Source: a virus. From it: a DNA stretch of 64,000 nt. The stretch lies in the IMG/VR virus record IMGVR_UViG_3300049043_000188, positions 32,001-96,000 of that record; one strand, given 5' to 3'. Shown here piece after piece: positions 26,831 to 37,560 of the stretch. The position numbers and the translations under genes are program-made. Numbering within the stretch: the first letter of the stretch is position 1; each line of letters begins with the position of its first letter. The notes under the pieces were generated by a model, which did not search any database, was not told the origin of the DNA, and saw only the letters and a list, made by a program, of their open reading frames with translations.

Positions 26831-28476
26831 ATGAGTGACGTATATCTCGGCAATCCACTTCTAAAAAAGCAAATACACCAATTCAATTTACAGAAGAACA
26901 AATTATAGAATTTGTTAAATGCAAAGACGATCCCGTGTATTTTGCTAAAAACTATGTTCAAATAGTTACTTTAGATCATGGATTACAACCTTTTAGAATG
27001 TATCCATTCCAAGAGAAGTTAGTCGAGAGGTTTCATAAACATAGATTTAACATCTGCAAGATGCCCCGACAAACGGGAAAATCTACAACTGTTGTTTCTT
27101 TTCTTTTACATTATGCAGTATTTAATGACAATGTAAATATTGGTATTCTTGCAAACAAAGCAGCAACAGCAAGAGAACTTTTAGATCGTTTGCAAACAGC
27201 ATATGAAAATCTACCAAAATGGATGCAGCAGGGAATTATCTCTTGGAACAAAGGTTCTTTGGAATTGGAAAATGGAAGTAAAATCTTGGCTGCTTCTACT
27301 TCTGCTTCTGCGGTTCGTGGTATGTCTTTCAATATCCTCTTTTTGGACGAATTTGCGTTCGTTCCAAATCACATCGCAGATTCTTTCTTTGCATCGGTTT
27401 ATCCTACGATTACTGCAGGTAAAAATACAAAGGTAATTATTGTTTCCACACCACACGGTATGAATCATTTTTACCGTATGTGGCATGATGCTGAACGAGG
27501 TAAAAATGAATATATTTTTACAGATGTTCATTGGAGCGAAGTTCCTGGAAGAGATGAGGTATGGAAAGCACAAACTATAGCAAACACTTCAGAACAACAA
27601 TTCAAAGTTGAATTTGAGTGTGAATTTCTAGGATCGGTTGATACTCTTATTGCACCAAGTAAACTTAGAAATCTTGTATATGATGCTCCTAAGACCCGTA
27701 GTGCTGGTTTAGATGTTTATGAGGATCCTATAAAAGATCACGATTACCTTATCACTGTAGACGTTGCTAGAGGTGTAGGAAATGATTACTCAGCTTTCAC
27801 TGTAGTTGATATAACACAATTTCCTCATAAAGTTGTAGCAAAATATAGAAACAATGAAATCAAACCAATGCTATTTCCAAGTGTCATAGAAGAAATTGGT
27901 AAAAGTTATAATGAGGCATATATTCTATGTGAAGTAAATGATGTTGGAGACCAGGTTGCTAGTATTCTTCAATACGATTTAGAATATAAAAATCTTTTAA
28001 TGTGCTCTATGAGGGGAAGAGCAGGACAAATTGTAGGGCAAGGATTTTCTGGAAAGAAAACTCAACTTGGAGTTAAAATGTCCAAAACTGTAAAAAAAGT
28101 TGGATGTTTAAACCTCAAAACAATGATTGAGGAAGATAAGTTATATCTAAATGATTATGAAATAATATCGGAACTTACAACATTTATTCAAAAACATAAT
28201 TCATTTGAGGCAGAGGAGGGATGCAATGATGATCTTGCAATGTGCCTTGTAATTTATGCGTGGTTAGTTGCTCAAGATTATTTCAAAGAACTTACTGATC
28301 AAGATGTTAGAAAAAGATTATATGAAGAGCAAAAAAATCAAATTGAACAAGATATGGCGCCATTTGGGTTTGTTTCTGATGGATTAGATGATACTAGTTT
28401 TGTAGACGGCGACGGAGATAGATGGTTTGTGGACGAATACGGAGATCGTTCTTATATGTGGGAATACTTATCATAA
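26831..28476 (+). CDS. gp17: Terminase large subunit (indel in A-run near 26868)
   Basis: MSDVYLGNPLLKK start, Walker A PRQTGKST, LFLDEFAF, STPHG, and nuclease motifs VDVARG and NDDLAM. Confidence 0.96.
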
Positions 28477-28706
28477 TGGAATTGGACAAACAAATAAAAT
28501 TAGGGCATTTGTTACTTGTAGATAGAAAATGTAGAGTATGTAATGAAGTGAAAAATTTAATAGACGGATTTTATCAAACTCGCAAAAATAAAGGACACGT
28601 ATCTTCTTCATATTCATATGAATGTAAAGAATGCACAACAAAAAGAATAATTAATTCAAGAAAAAATAATAAATTTACATCTAAATGGGAATATCCTGAC
28701 TGGTAA
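28476..28706 (+). CDS. Small CxxC...CxxC zinc-finger protein
   Basis: MELDKQ...RKCRVC...YSYECKEC...WEYPDW. The ATG overlaps the gp17 stop. Confidence 0.7.
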   Translation: MELDKQIKLGHLLLVDRKCRVCNEVKNLIDGFYQTRKNKGHVSSSYSYECKECTTKRIINSRKNNKFTSKWEYPDW

Positions 28707-28746
28707 ATTGTTCACTACATATTTCCCGTGTGTAAAGTACATTTTT

Positions 28747-28754
28747 AATAAATA
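28747..28754 (+). promoter_or_regulatory. Late promoter AATAAATA
   Basis: NATAAATA upstream of gp18, followed by a GGAGA RBS. Confidence 0.65.
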
Positions 28755-28789
28755 TTTTTTAGATAAACTGAGATTTAACGGAGAAAAAC

Positions 28790-30972
28790 ATGGCGACTCC
28801 TCAATTATCTCCTGGTGTATTAGTCAGGGAGGTTGATTTAACGGTAGGAAGAGCTGATAATGTTTTAGATAACATTGGTGCAATTGCAGGACCTTTCCCA
28901 ATTGGACCAGTTGATTACCCAATTGATATCACTACAGAGCAAGATCTTATTAATGTTTTTGGTAAACCCATCTCAACAGATGCTCAGTATGAGTATTGGA
29001 TGAGTGCATCATCTTACCTATCATATGGTGGGGTCTTAAAAGTTGTGAGAACAAGTGGTTCAACCTTGAACAATGCTAATGCTGGAGTTGGAATCGCATC
29101 AACAACTAGTTTACAAATAGATAATTACGACGATTATACAAATAATCATTCTGATGCAACAAACTATACATATTCAACTAAAAATCCAGGATCTTGGGGA
29201 AATGGTCTTAAAGTTTGCTTTATCGATGATCTAGCAGATCAAACTTTAGGTATTACGACAACAAGTCTTGTTTCCCTTGGTGCTACAGTTGGATATGGTG
29301 TAACCGTAGCATTAAGTAATGTAGTAATTGCAGGTTCTGGAAGCACTTCAACTTTTACAGGATACTTAAAAGGTATTATTACTGGAGTTACCACTGATTC
29401 AACAAATTCAAACAGCACAATTGACGTAAAGATCGTCTCAAGAGTTTCTAGTGCAGGAACTGAAACAAAAATTGATTATGCTGAAGGATCAACAATTGCT
29501 GCTTTTACTGCTTCTAGTACAATTAGATTTATCAATAATTCTGGGGCACAATCTGGAACTGCAACAGTTGCCTCTGTTTCTGACTGGTATGGAAATCAAA
29601 CTCTCGGATTAACAAACTCAACTGTATATTGGAAATCAATTGCACCAAAACCAGTTTCTACCAGATATTCTATTGATAGAAATGGTGAAGGTGATGGTCT
29701 TCATATTGCAGTTGTTGATGACCTAGGTACTATTACTGGAAATCAAGGAACAATTATTGAAAAGCATCTTGGACTTTCAAAAGCATTAGATGCTATTTCT
29801 GCAGTTAATTCTCCTCAAAAGATTTGGTATAAACAATATCTTGCAGATTTTTCTGCCCAAATTTATGCAGGAAATAATCCATCTAGTGCTGCTGACTCTT
29901 ATTGGGGAACAACACCAAGAGCAACTGGATTTTCTACTGCCTTTACTGCAATAACAACAGCAGGTGGTCTTTGGGGTCAAAATGCACAAGACATAACATT
30001 TAATGCAATTGGAAATAAAACTTATACTCTGAGTGGTGGTGTTGATTATTCTGCCTCAGGTGGGATGAAGGCAACTCTTGGAAATTTAACTACTTCATAC
30101 AATCTTTTCTCAAATAGAGACGAAATTCAAGTAGATTATTTAATTATGGGTCCTGGTTTAGATTCTGAATCTGATTCACAAGCAAAAGCAAATTATCTAA
30201 TTTCTCTTGCAGGAAACAGACAAGATTGTATGGCTGTATTGGACCTCATAGAGCAAACTTAATTGGAATTACAAATACCACAACACAAACAACAAATCTT
30301 ATTAAGTACTTTAGTCCACTTTCATCTTCATCATATGCAGTCTTTGATAGTGGATATAAGTATACTTACGATAGATTTAACAACAAGTTTGTTTATATTC
30401 CTTGCAATGCTGATATTGCCGGATTAATGACCAGAACAAATATCGTTGCATATCCTTGGTTCTCTCCTGCTGGTCAGCAAAGAGGAATTTTAAATAATGC
30501 TATCAAACTTGCGTACAATCCAAGCAAGGCGCAAAGAGATCAACTTTACCCATTGAGAATTAATTCAATTGTAACTCAACCTGGAATTGGAACTCTTCTG
30601 TTTGGCGATAAAACTGCTCTTGCTTATGCATCAGCATTTGATAGAATTAATGTTCGTCGTTTGTTCTTAACTATCGAACAGTCACTTCAAAGAGCTGCTC
30701 AAGCACAACTCTTTGAACTAAATGATGAACTTACAAGAGCAAACTTTAAGAATATTGTTGAACCTTACCTCCGTGATGTTCAAGCAAAGAGAGGATTGTA
30801 TGGATTCCTAGTTGTCTGCGATACATCAAACAATACTCCTGATGTGATTGATAATAATGAATTTAGAGCAGACATTTATCTGAAGCCTGCTAAGTCAATT
30901 AATTATGTAACTTTAACTTTTGTTGCTACGAGAACTGGTATCTCGTTTGAAGAAGTAGCAGGGACAGTTTGA
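28790..30972 (+). CDS. gp18: Tail sheath protein (indel near 30240)
   Basis: LSPGVLVREVDLT, PWFSPAGQQRG, AFDRINVRRLF, KPAKSINYVTLTFVATRTG. Confidence 0.96.
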
Positions 30973-31004
30973 TTTAATTAAAACACAACAAGGAGGACTC
31001 AAAA

Positions 31005-31574
31005 ATGGCACACACTATTCAGGATTTTAAAACTGCACTTAAAGGAGGCGGTGCTCGCCCCAATCTATTTGAGGTTGTTCTAACAAATTTTCCAGGTGGC
31101 GCAGCGTTTGATTCCACAGAATTTTCAGTTCTGTGCAAAGCAGCAAACTTACCCGCATCAAACATTGCATCAATTGATGTTCCCTTTAGAGGCAGAACCT
31201 TTAAGGTAGCAGGTGATCGTACATTTGATACTTGGCAAATCACCGTTATTAACGATGAAGACTTCAAGATTAGAACTGCAATGGAATCTTGGATGCAATT
31301 TGTTGGGCAATATGCAGATGGAAGTGGTGCAACCAGTCCAAATACTTATATGGTAGATGCTCTTGTTAAACAATTAAAGAGACTTCCAAGTAATGTTGGC
31401 GGAAACAATGCAACTGGATCAGGACTAGATATTGCTAAGCAGTATAAATTCTATAGCATTTTCCCAACCAACATCTCTGCTATTGATCTTTCATATGATA
31501 CTGCAGACACAATTGAAGAATTTACTGTAGAATTCCAAGTTCAATACTGGACTCCATATACAGGAGAAAATTGA
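31005..31574 (+). CDS. gp19: Tail tube protein
   Basis: GGARPNLFEV, VPFRGRTFKVAGDRTFDTW, IEEFTVEFQVQYW. AGGAGG RBS. Confidence 0.95.
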   Translation: MAHTIQDFKTALKGGGARPNLFEVVLTNFPGGAAFDSTEFSVLCKAANLPASNIASIDVPFRGRTFKVAGDRTFDTWQITVINDEDFKIRTAMESWMQFVGQYADGSGATSPNTYMVDALVKQLKRLPSNVGGNNATGSGLDIAKQYKFYSIFPTNISAIDLSYDTADTIEEFTVEFQVQYWTPYTGEN

Positions 31575-31577
31575 TAG

Positions 31578-31585
31578 AATAAATA
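31578..31585 (+). promoter_or_regulatory. Late promoter AATAAATA
   Basis: NATAAATA upstream of gp20. Confidence 0.65.
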
Positions 31586-31609
31586 TATTAAAGAATCAAA
31601 AAATAAATT

Positions 31610-33304
31610 ATGGCAAAGTTGTTTGGATTTTCTATTGAAGATAGTGAATCAATATCTCCAGGTGTAGTTTCTCCCGTTGCTCCTAATAATGAGGACGGGA
31701 GTGATTTTTATTTAACAAGTGGATTTTTTGGGTCATATGTAGACATTGAGGGTGTTTATAGAACCGAATTTGATTTAATTAAAAGATATCGTGAAATGGC
31801 ACTTCATCCAGAGTGCGATAGTGCCATTGAAGACATTGTAAACGAAGCAATTGTAAGTGATACAAATGACAGTCCTGTATCAATTGAGTTGTCAAATCTC
31901 AATGCAAGCGATGGAATAAAGAAAAAAATTAGAGAAGAATTTAAACATATTCTAGAACTATTAGATTTTGATAGGAAGTCACACGAAATCTATAGAAACT
32001 GGTATGTTGATGGTAGATTGTATTACCACAAAGTAATTGATTTAAAAAATCCACACGAAGGTATTCAAGAACTTCGTTACATAGATGCAATGAAAATGCG
32101 TTTTGTTCGTCAACAAAAACAAACAGAAAAAGATAAAAAAATCTATAGATTGGCAAACGTTAATATTGATGATCCAATGAATTATGAATTCCCTGAAATA
32201 GAGGAATATTTTGTATATAATCCAAAAATGACTTATCCCACCACAAACCCGTCTTCTTTGGGTGGAACTGGTGGAATTAAGTTTTCAAGAGATTCTATTA
32301 CTTATTGCACTTCTGGTTTAGTAGATCGTAATAAAGGATCAACCCTTTCTTATCTTCACAAAGCAATTAAGTCTCTCAATCAATTAAGAATGATTGAAGA
32401 CTCTTTAGTTATTTACAGACTTTCTCGTGCTCCAGAAAGAAGAATTTTCTATATTGATGTTGGCAATCTTCCAAAAGTAAAAGCAGAACAATATCTTCGT
32501 GATGTAATGATGCGTTATAGAAACAAAATGGTTTATGATGCTGCTACTGGAGAAATTCGTGATGATAAAAAATTTATGAGTATGCTTGAAGATTTTTGGC
32601 TTCCAAGAAGAGAAGGTGGTCGAGGAACTGAAATTTCTACTCTTCCTGGTGGACAAAATCTTGGAGAAATTACTGATATCGAATACTTTAAGAAAAAACT
32701 ATATCGGTCACTAAACGTTCCACCATCAAGAATGGATGGAGAAGGAGGGTTTAATCTTGGTCGGTCATCAGAAATTCTTCGTGATGAAGTTAAGTTCAGC
32801 AAGTTTGTTGCTCGTTTGAGAAAAAGATTTTCTCATATGTTTAATGATATGCTTAAAACTCAATTAATTCTTAAAAACATTATTACTCCCGAAGATTGGG
32901 AATTAATGGATGAGCATATTCAATATGATTTTCTTTATGATAATCATTTTGCAGAACTTAAAGATGCTGAACTTTTAAATGAAAGATTGAGTATGGTTCA
33001 AATTGCAGAACCATACGTTGGAAAATATTTTTCGCAAGATTACGTAAGACGTAAAATTCTTCGTCAAACCGATGAAGAAATCTTAGAGCAGGATAAAATT
33101 ATCAAAAAAGAAATTAAAGATGGAGTAATTCCAGACCCCAATGCACCAGTCGATCCTATGACCGGTATGCCATTAGAACCTAATCAACAACCATCTGGAA
33201 TGGACTTAGGCAAACCAGTAATGGAACCAAATCTTGACTCTCAAGGTTCTGCAACCGAAGTTGATGGAAAAATTGCAGAGATGCCCAAGGGTGGAGAGAT
33301 ATAA
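31610..33304 (+). CDS. gp20: Portal vertex protein
   Basis: YRLSRAPERRIFYIDVGNLPKVKAEQY and EDFWLPRREGGRGTEISTLPGGQNLG. Confidence 0.97.
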   Translation: MAKLFGFSIEDSESISPGVVSPVAPNNEDGSDFYLTSGFFGSYVDIEGVYRTEFDLIKRYREMALHPECDSAIEDIVNEAIVSDTNDSPVSIELSNLNASDGIKKKIREEFKHILELLDFDRKSHEIYRNWYVDGRLYYHKVIDLKNPHEGIQELRYIDAMKMRFVRQQKQTEKDKKIYRLANVNIDDPMNYEFPEIEEYFVYNPKMTYPTTNPSSLGGTGGIKFSRDSITYCTSGLVDRNKGSTLSYLHKAIKSLNQLRMIEDSLVIYRLSRAPERRIFYIDVGNLPKVKAEQYLRDVMMRYRNKMVYDAATGEIRDDKKFMSMLEDFWLPRREGGRGTEISTLPGGQNLGEITDIEYFKKKLYRSLNVPPSRMDGEGGFNLGRSSEILRDEVKFSKFVARLRKRFSHMFNDMLKTQLILKNIITPEDWELMDEHIQYDFLYDNHFAELKDAELLNERLSMVQIAEPYVGKYFSQDYVRRKILRQTDEEILEQDKIIKKEIKDGVIPDPNAPVDPMTGMPLEPNQQPSGMDLGKPVMEPNLDSQGSATEVDGKIAEMPKGGEI

Positions 33305-33307
33305 ATA
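33300..33307 (+). promoter_or_regulatory. Late promoter TATAAATA
   Basis: Exact consensus overlapping the gp20 stop. Confidence 0.7.
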
Positions 33308-33334
33308 AAAACGATTAACAATAGGTATTAAAAA

Positions 33335-33508
33335 ATGGATGATCTTCTGGATATGATTGTTGGTGATGAATCACCATCTCAAGTTAGTGATAAAATTAAA
33401 GAACTTCTTTTTGCAAAATCTGCAGAAAAAATTGATTCTTTTCGCCCAGCAGTAGCAACATCAATGTTTGGGGAAGAAGAACTAGAATATGAAGATGGAG
33501 AAGAGTAA
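33335..33508 (+). CDS. Small acidic prohead-core-like protein at the gp67 position (not in ORF track)
   Basis: Hand translation MDDLLDMIVGDESPSQVSDKIKELLFAKSAEKIDSFRPAVATSMFGEEELEYEDGEE. Lies directly after the portal gene, as T4 gp67 does. Confidence 0.7.
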   Translation: MDDLLDMIVGDESPSQVSDKIKELLFAKSAEKIDSFRPAVATSMFGEEELEYEDGEE

Positions 33509-33511
33509 TAG

Positions 33512-34375
33512 GTGGATGACTTTGGAGTTAATATAGATTTATCTGATTTCTTTTCTACTATAAGTAACGAAAAGAAAAAGAAAAAAGAAGAGTTTAACTC
33601 AATTGTCGGTGAAATAAATTTAAATAATATTTTTGAAGAAGTATCTACTTTAAAAAAAGAAAATAAAGAAAAAAAAATAAAAGAAGAAGAAACTCTGATT
33701 GCTTTTGAGTCTCTTCTTTTGTCAGAAAAACAACCAAAAACCAAGAAAAAGAAAGTAGAAAAAATTGCAGAAGAACTCACTAAACAAAAAAATATTACAG
33801 AAAAATCTTTAGGAATTCTTTCAGAACCATCTGAAATAAAACAACAAACGGACCCTCTTACTCCATTAAATCAAAACTTTGCAACTCTTGATGATTTACA
33901 AAATCACTATAAATTATTCTTAAATAGAATCCAACAACAACTCTCCACATTAGGTGGAGGTGGTGAAACTCGTTTAGAGTTTTTAGATGATGTTGATAGA
34001 GACTCTGCAAAAAGAGATAATTATTTTCTCAAGTATGATGCTAACATTAATAAGTGGGTTGGTGATGATGGTGGTGGAGTTGGTATTACCAGTATTGTTT
34101 TTATTACTGGTATAACCTCTTATTATTCTGCAACAAAAGATGTTGATTATATCGGAGTAAGTGCTGATGTTCCTGTAATAATTGATTTGCCTTCAAATGC
34201 CTCAGCGGGAAAACAAATTATAGTAAAGGATGAAGGTAATAAAATATCTACATATAATATCACAGTTCGTGCTGGTATCGGTGCGAGTGTTGAAAATAGT
34301 GATTCGGTAATTATGAAAATCAATCACGAAAGTTTTACTTATTTTTATAATGGTTACAACTGGTATATCGTATAA
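33512..34375 (+). CDS. Hypothetical virion-associated protein (charged N-terminus, GGGGETRLEFLDDVD linker, beta-rich C-terminus)
   Basis: Intact 287-aa ORF whose stop overlaps the next ATG. Confidence 0.7.
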   Translation: MDDFGVNIDLSDFFSTISNEKKKKKEEFNSIVGEINLNNIFEEVSTLKKENKEKKIKEEETLIAFESLLLSEKQPKTKKKKVEKIAEELTKQKNITEKSLGILSEPSEIKQQTDPLTPLNQNFATLDDLQNHYKLFLNRIQQQLSTLGGGGETRLEFLDDVDRDSAKRDNYFLKYDANINKWVGDDGGGVGITSIVFITGITSYYSATKDVDYIGVSADVPVIIDLPSNASAGKQIIVKDEGNKISTYNITVRAGIGASVENSDSVIMKINHESFTYFYNGYNWYIV

Positions 34376-35007
34376 TGTCTTATAATCCATTCCCACAACC
34401 AGCAGATGTAGTAGTTAATACTGGTATAGGAACATCTGCAGTAAGTATTGCAAATCCATTTCCAGTATCAATAGGAAGTTCAACTATTACTGTTGTTACA
34501 ACACAAAAATCTGGAGATTATCATTCTTTTAACAATCACGACACAAATGTTCATCGTGGTTGGACTATGGACGATACTATGCGTCCCGTGATTAGTATCA
34601 GAACTAATCCAGTAGGATTTACTTCATCGCAATTATCAGAGATTGCTGAATATGAAATTGGTAATAATAATGCAAATCAAAGCACTATCATTTATGAGTG
34701 GTATGAGGGTGATATAACTATTGTTGGATTGGGTTCAACAACTTCTTGGACTAATGTTGGATCTAGATTACAATATAGAGTTTATCAAGACAAATATAGC
34801 ACTAATCCATCAAACACTTTTACTCAAAATTCTGCTCTTATGAGACATAGTGGAATTATTATAGGAAAAAATAGTATTGGTGATGAAGGTCCAGCGGAAC
34901 TATATGGTGGAGCATCTCCAAATGTATTGACTTTATGTATGAAGAGAGTTGATAGTGGAACTAAATTAGATGTCTGGTTTGCATTTACATTAAAAGAGTA
35001 TTCATAA
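34375..35007 (+). CDS. Hypothetical protein, probably structural
   Basis: Intact 210-aa ORF with SIANPFPVS and GIGTS/VGLGST motifs like those of the virion proteins. Confidence 0.7.
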   Translation: MSYNPFPQPADVVVNTGIGTSAVSIANPFPVSIGSSTITVVTTQKSGDYHSFNNHDTNVHRGWTMDDTMRPVISIRTNPVGFTSSQLSEIAEYEIGNNNANQSTIIYEWYEGDITIVGLGSTTSWTNVGSRLQYRVYQDKYSTNPSNTFTQNSALMRHSGIIIGKNSIGDEGPAELYGGASPNVLTLCMKRVDSGTKLDVWFAFTLKEYS

Positions 35008-35026
35008 TTAGAAAATTTATTAATTT

Positions 35027-35034
35027 AATAAATA
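35027..35034 (+). promoter_or_regulatory. Late promoter AATAAATA
   Basis: NATAAATA upstream of the ORF at 35059. Confidence 0.6.
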
Positions 35035-35058
35035 ACTATTAAATGTATTATAAGAATA

Positions 35059-35607
35059 ATGACTCATAGACCAGTTGGTGCTGGTTCCTCATTTGCATTT
35101 ACTGCTGGAACTGCTACCACATCATCTGCATTTTCTGTCCAATCAGACACTTTGAGAGTTGTTGCAACTGCTGCAGCATTTATTTCTGTTGGCGCAACAC
35201 CTTCAGCAACTGCATCCGATTATTATGTTTTGGCAAATACTCCAGCAACTCTTGCTTTAACAAAAGCATCAAACAGAGTTGTTGGTGTAACAACGGGTAC
35301 AACAACAATTGTTACAGTTCCAGAAGGAACTCAAGTTCCATTTGGTGTTGGTGATTATGTAACACTTACTGCAAGTGGCCAGTCATATTACAACTTTACT
35401 CATCAAAGAGTAATTTCGGTTGATACCACTTCAAATGTAGGTGGTTATTATCAAACAAGAATGACTGTCGATTATAACTCAAGTGGTATTGTTACTGCCT
35501 TTGCTCCAACAGATGCAACTGTTAGTGCTTCAAATAAAGTTTCTGCTTATGGTGTGGGGGCAGGAGCACTTTATTATCAACAAGTACAACTCACAGGGCA
35601 AGCATAA
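35059..35607 (+). CDS. Conserved cyanophage virion protein upstream of prohead protease
   Basis: 182-aa Thr/Ala/Ser-rich ORF coupled to gp21 by TAATG. Confidence 0.75.
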   Translation: MTHRPVGAGSSFAFTAGTATTSSAFSVQSDTLRVVATAAAFISVGATPSATASDYYVLANTPATLALTKASNRVVGVTTGTTTIVTVPEGTQVPFGVGDYVTLTASGQSYYNFTHQRVISVDTTSNVGGYYQTRMTVDYNSSGIVTAFAPTDATVSASNKVSAYGVGAGALYYQQVQLTGQA

Positions 35608-36254
35608 TGAAACTCATCACAGAAGAAATTGAATCAGTAGAAGTTATCACAGAAAGTGTAAATGGTAAGAAAAATCTTTTTATTAAAGGAATTTTTCTCC
35701 AAAGTGAGTGTGTCAATCGAAATGGAAGAAGATATCCTTTTTCTATTATGGAAAGAGAAGTGAAGAGATATACCGATCAATATGTAAATAAAGGTCGTGC
35801 TTTAGGCGAACTTGGCCATCCAGATGGACCCACAGTAAATCTTGATAGAGTTTCTCATCGAATCACTGAACTTTATCGTGACGGAAATAATTTCATTGGT
35901 AAGGCACAAATTTTATCAACCCCAATGGGAAAAATTGCAGAGTCACTTTTAAAAGAAGGTGTTTGTCTTGGAGTTTCTTCTCGGGGTGTTGGATCACTAA
36001 GAGAAACCCGTGAAGGATATAGAGAAGTTGGTGAAGATTTTATGCTTGCAACAGCTGCTGATATTGTTGCCGATCCTTCTGCTCCTGATGCGTTCGTTCA
36101 GGGAATTATGGAAGGAGTTGAGTGGATTTATGATGCATCAAGAAATGATTGGTTAATTGAGAGCACACAGAAAAAAATTAATAATTTAGTTAATCAACGT
36201 ATTCTTGAAGAATATAAATTAGCAACATTTAATGAATTTATAAACTCTTTGTAA
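35607..36254 (+). CDS. gp21: Prohead core protease
   Basis: NRNGRRYP, ALGELGHPDGP, LGVSSRGVGS, DIVADPSAPDAFV. Confidence 0.95.
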   Translation: MKLITEEIESVEVITESVNGKKNLFIKGIFLQSECVNRNGRRYPFSIMEREVKRYTDQYVNKGRALGELGHPDGPTVNLDRVSHRITELYRDGNNFIGKAQILSTPMGKIAESLLKEGVCLGVSSRGVGSLRETREGYREVGEDFMLATAADIVADPSAPDAFVQGIMEGVEWIYDASRNDWLIESTQKKINNLVNQRILEEYKLATFNEFINSL

Positions 36255-36264
36255 ATTCTTAAAT

Positions 36265-36272
36265 TATAAATA
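36265..36272 (+). promoter_or_regulatory. Late promoter TATAAATA
   Basis: Exact consensus upstream of gp22. Confidence 0.75.
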
Positions 36273-36309
36273 AATATAGATTTACTACAGGAAAAATCGG
36301 AGAGTTCAA

Positions 36310-37508
36310 ATGTCTCGTGGAGATTTACAAGAAATGGAAGTAGGCACTAAGCAATCCAAAACTGCTGTGAATGCAAATTCTAAAGCAGGAGACGCAATGC
36401 CAAGTCTTTCTGGCGCAACACCAGGTCAAACAGGAAGTTGGGAAGATCTTGGAGGACCTGACCCTTCTAACTATCGTCCAGATGATGATTCAGCAAAATT
36501 AAAAACACCTGGATCAACTCTTAAGCAAGTTAAAGATGTTGTAAACAAGGGTGCTAAACCTGCAATGTCAATGCCTGGTGGTATGAAGGAAGATTATGAG
36601 GAGGATGAAGAACTGCTAGAAGGTAGAGAAGAAGAGGAAGAGGAAGAAGAAGAGGAAGAAGAAGAGGAAGAAGAAGAGGGTGGAAAAAAACGTGCTAAGA
36701 AAATGAACGAAGCCGTAAAATGAAAAAAGATAAGGAAGAAGAAGAGGAAGAAGAGGAAGAGGAAGAGGAAGAAATGGAAGAATCTTTTGACATCGAAGAA
36801 GATGTCAATGCTCTTCTGTCAGGTGAGGATCTCTCTGAAGAGTTCCAAGAAAAAGCACGCACTATCTTCGAAGCTGCTCTTATTTCAAAGGTTGCTCAAA
36901 TTAAAGAAAATCTTGAAGAGCAATATGCTTTAGCACTTGAAGAAGAGGTAGAAGAAATCAAATCTCTTCTCCATGATCGTGTAGATGCATATCTTGAGTA
37001 TGTTGCTGATGAGTGGATGCAAGAAAATGCACTCGTCATTGAAAATGGTCTTAAAACTGAAATGACTGAATCCTTCCTCTCTGGAATGAAGGATCTTTTT
37101 GAAGCACATTATGTATCAATCCCTGAAGATAAATATGATGTTCTTGAGAGCATGGTAGAAAAACTTGATGACATGGAAACAAAACTCAACGAGCAAATTG
37201 AGAAAAATGTTTCCCTAAACAAGCGTCTCGCAGAGTCGGTTGCTGAAGGAATCTTTGAAAAAGTCTCTGAGGGCCTTGCTGCTACTCAGAAAGACAAGCT
37301 CGCTTCACTTGCCGAAAGTGTTGAGTTTGAAAGTGAAGAAGAATATCGTGAAAAATTGGAGATGCTTAGAGAATCATATTTCTCTGGCACAAAAACTCCA
37401 AAAGCAAAGTCTGAAAGTCTATCAGAGCAAGTAGACAGTTCTCCTGAAAATGTTTCAGGAACAATGGCTGCTTATCTTCAGACTCTCAAAGCAGTTGCTA
37501 AAAACTGA
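36310..37508 (+). CDS. gp22: Prohead core scaffold protein with two poly-Glu tracts (indel near 36720)
   Basis: LSEEFQEKARTIFEAA, VDAYLEYVADEWMQEN and LRESYF. Lies between gp21 and gp23. Confidence 0.9.
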
Positions 37509-37560
37509 ATTTAATATTAATCAAACCCAAAAAACACACTTAGTAAAAAGGTAAACGCAA

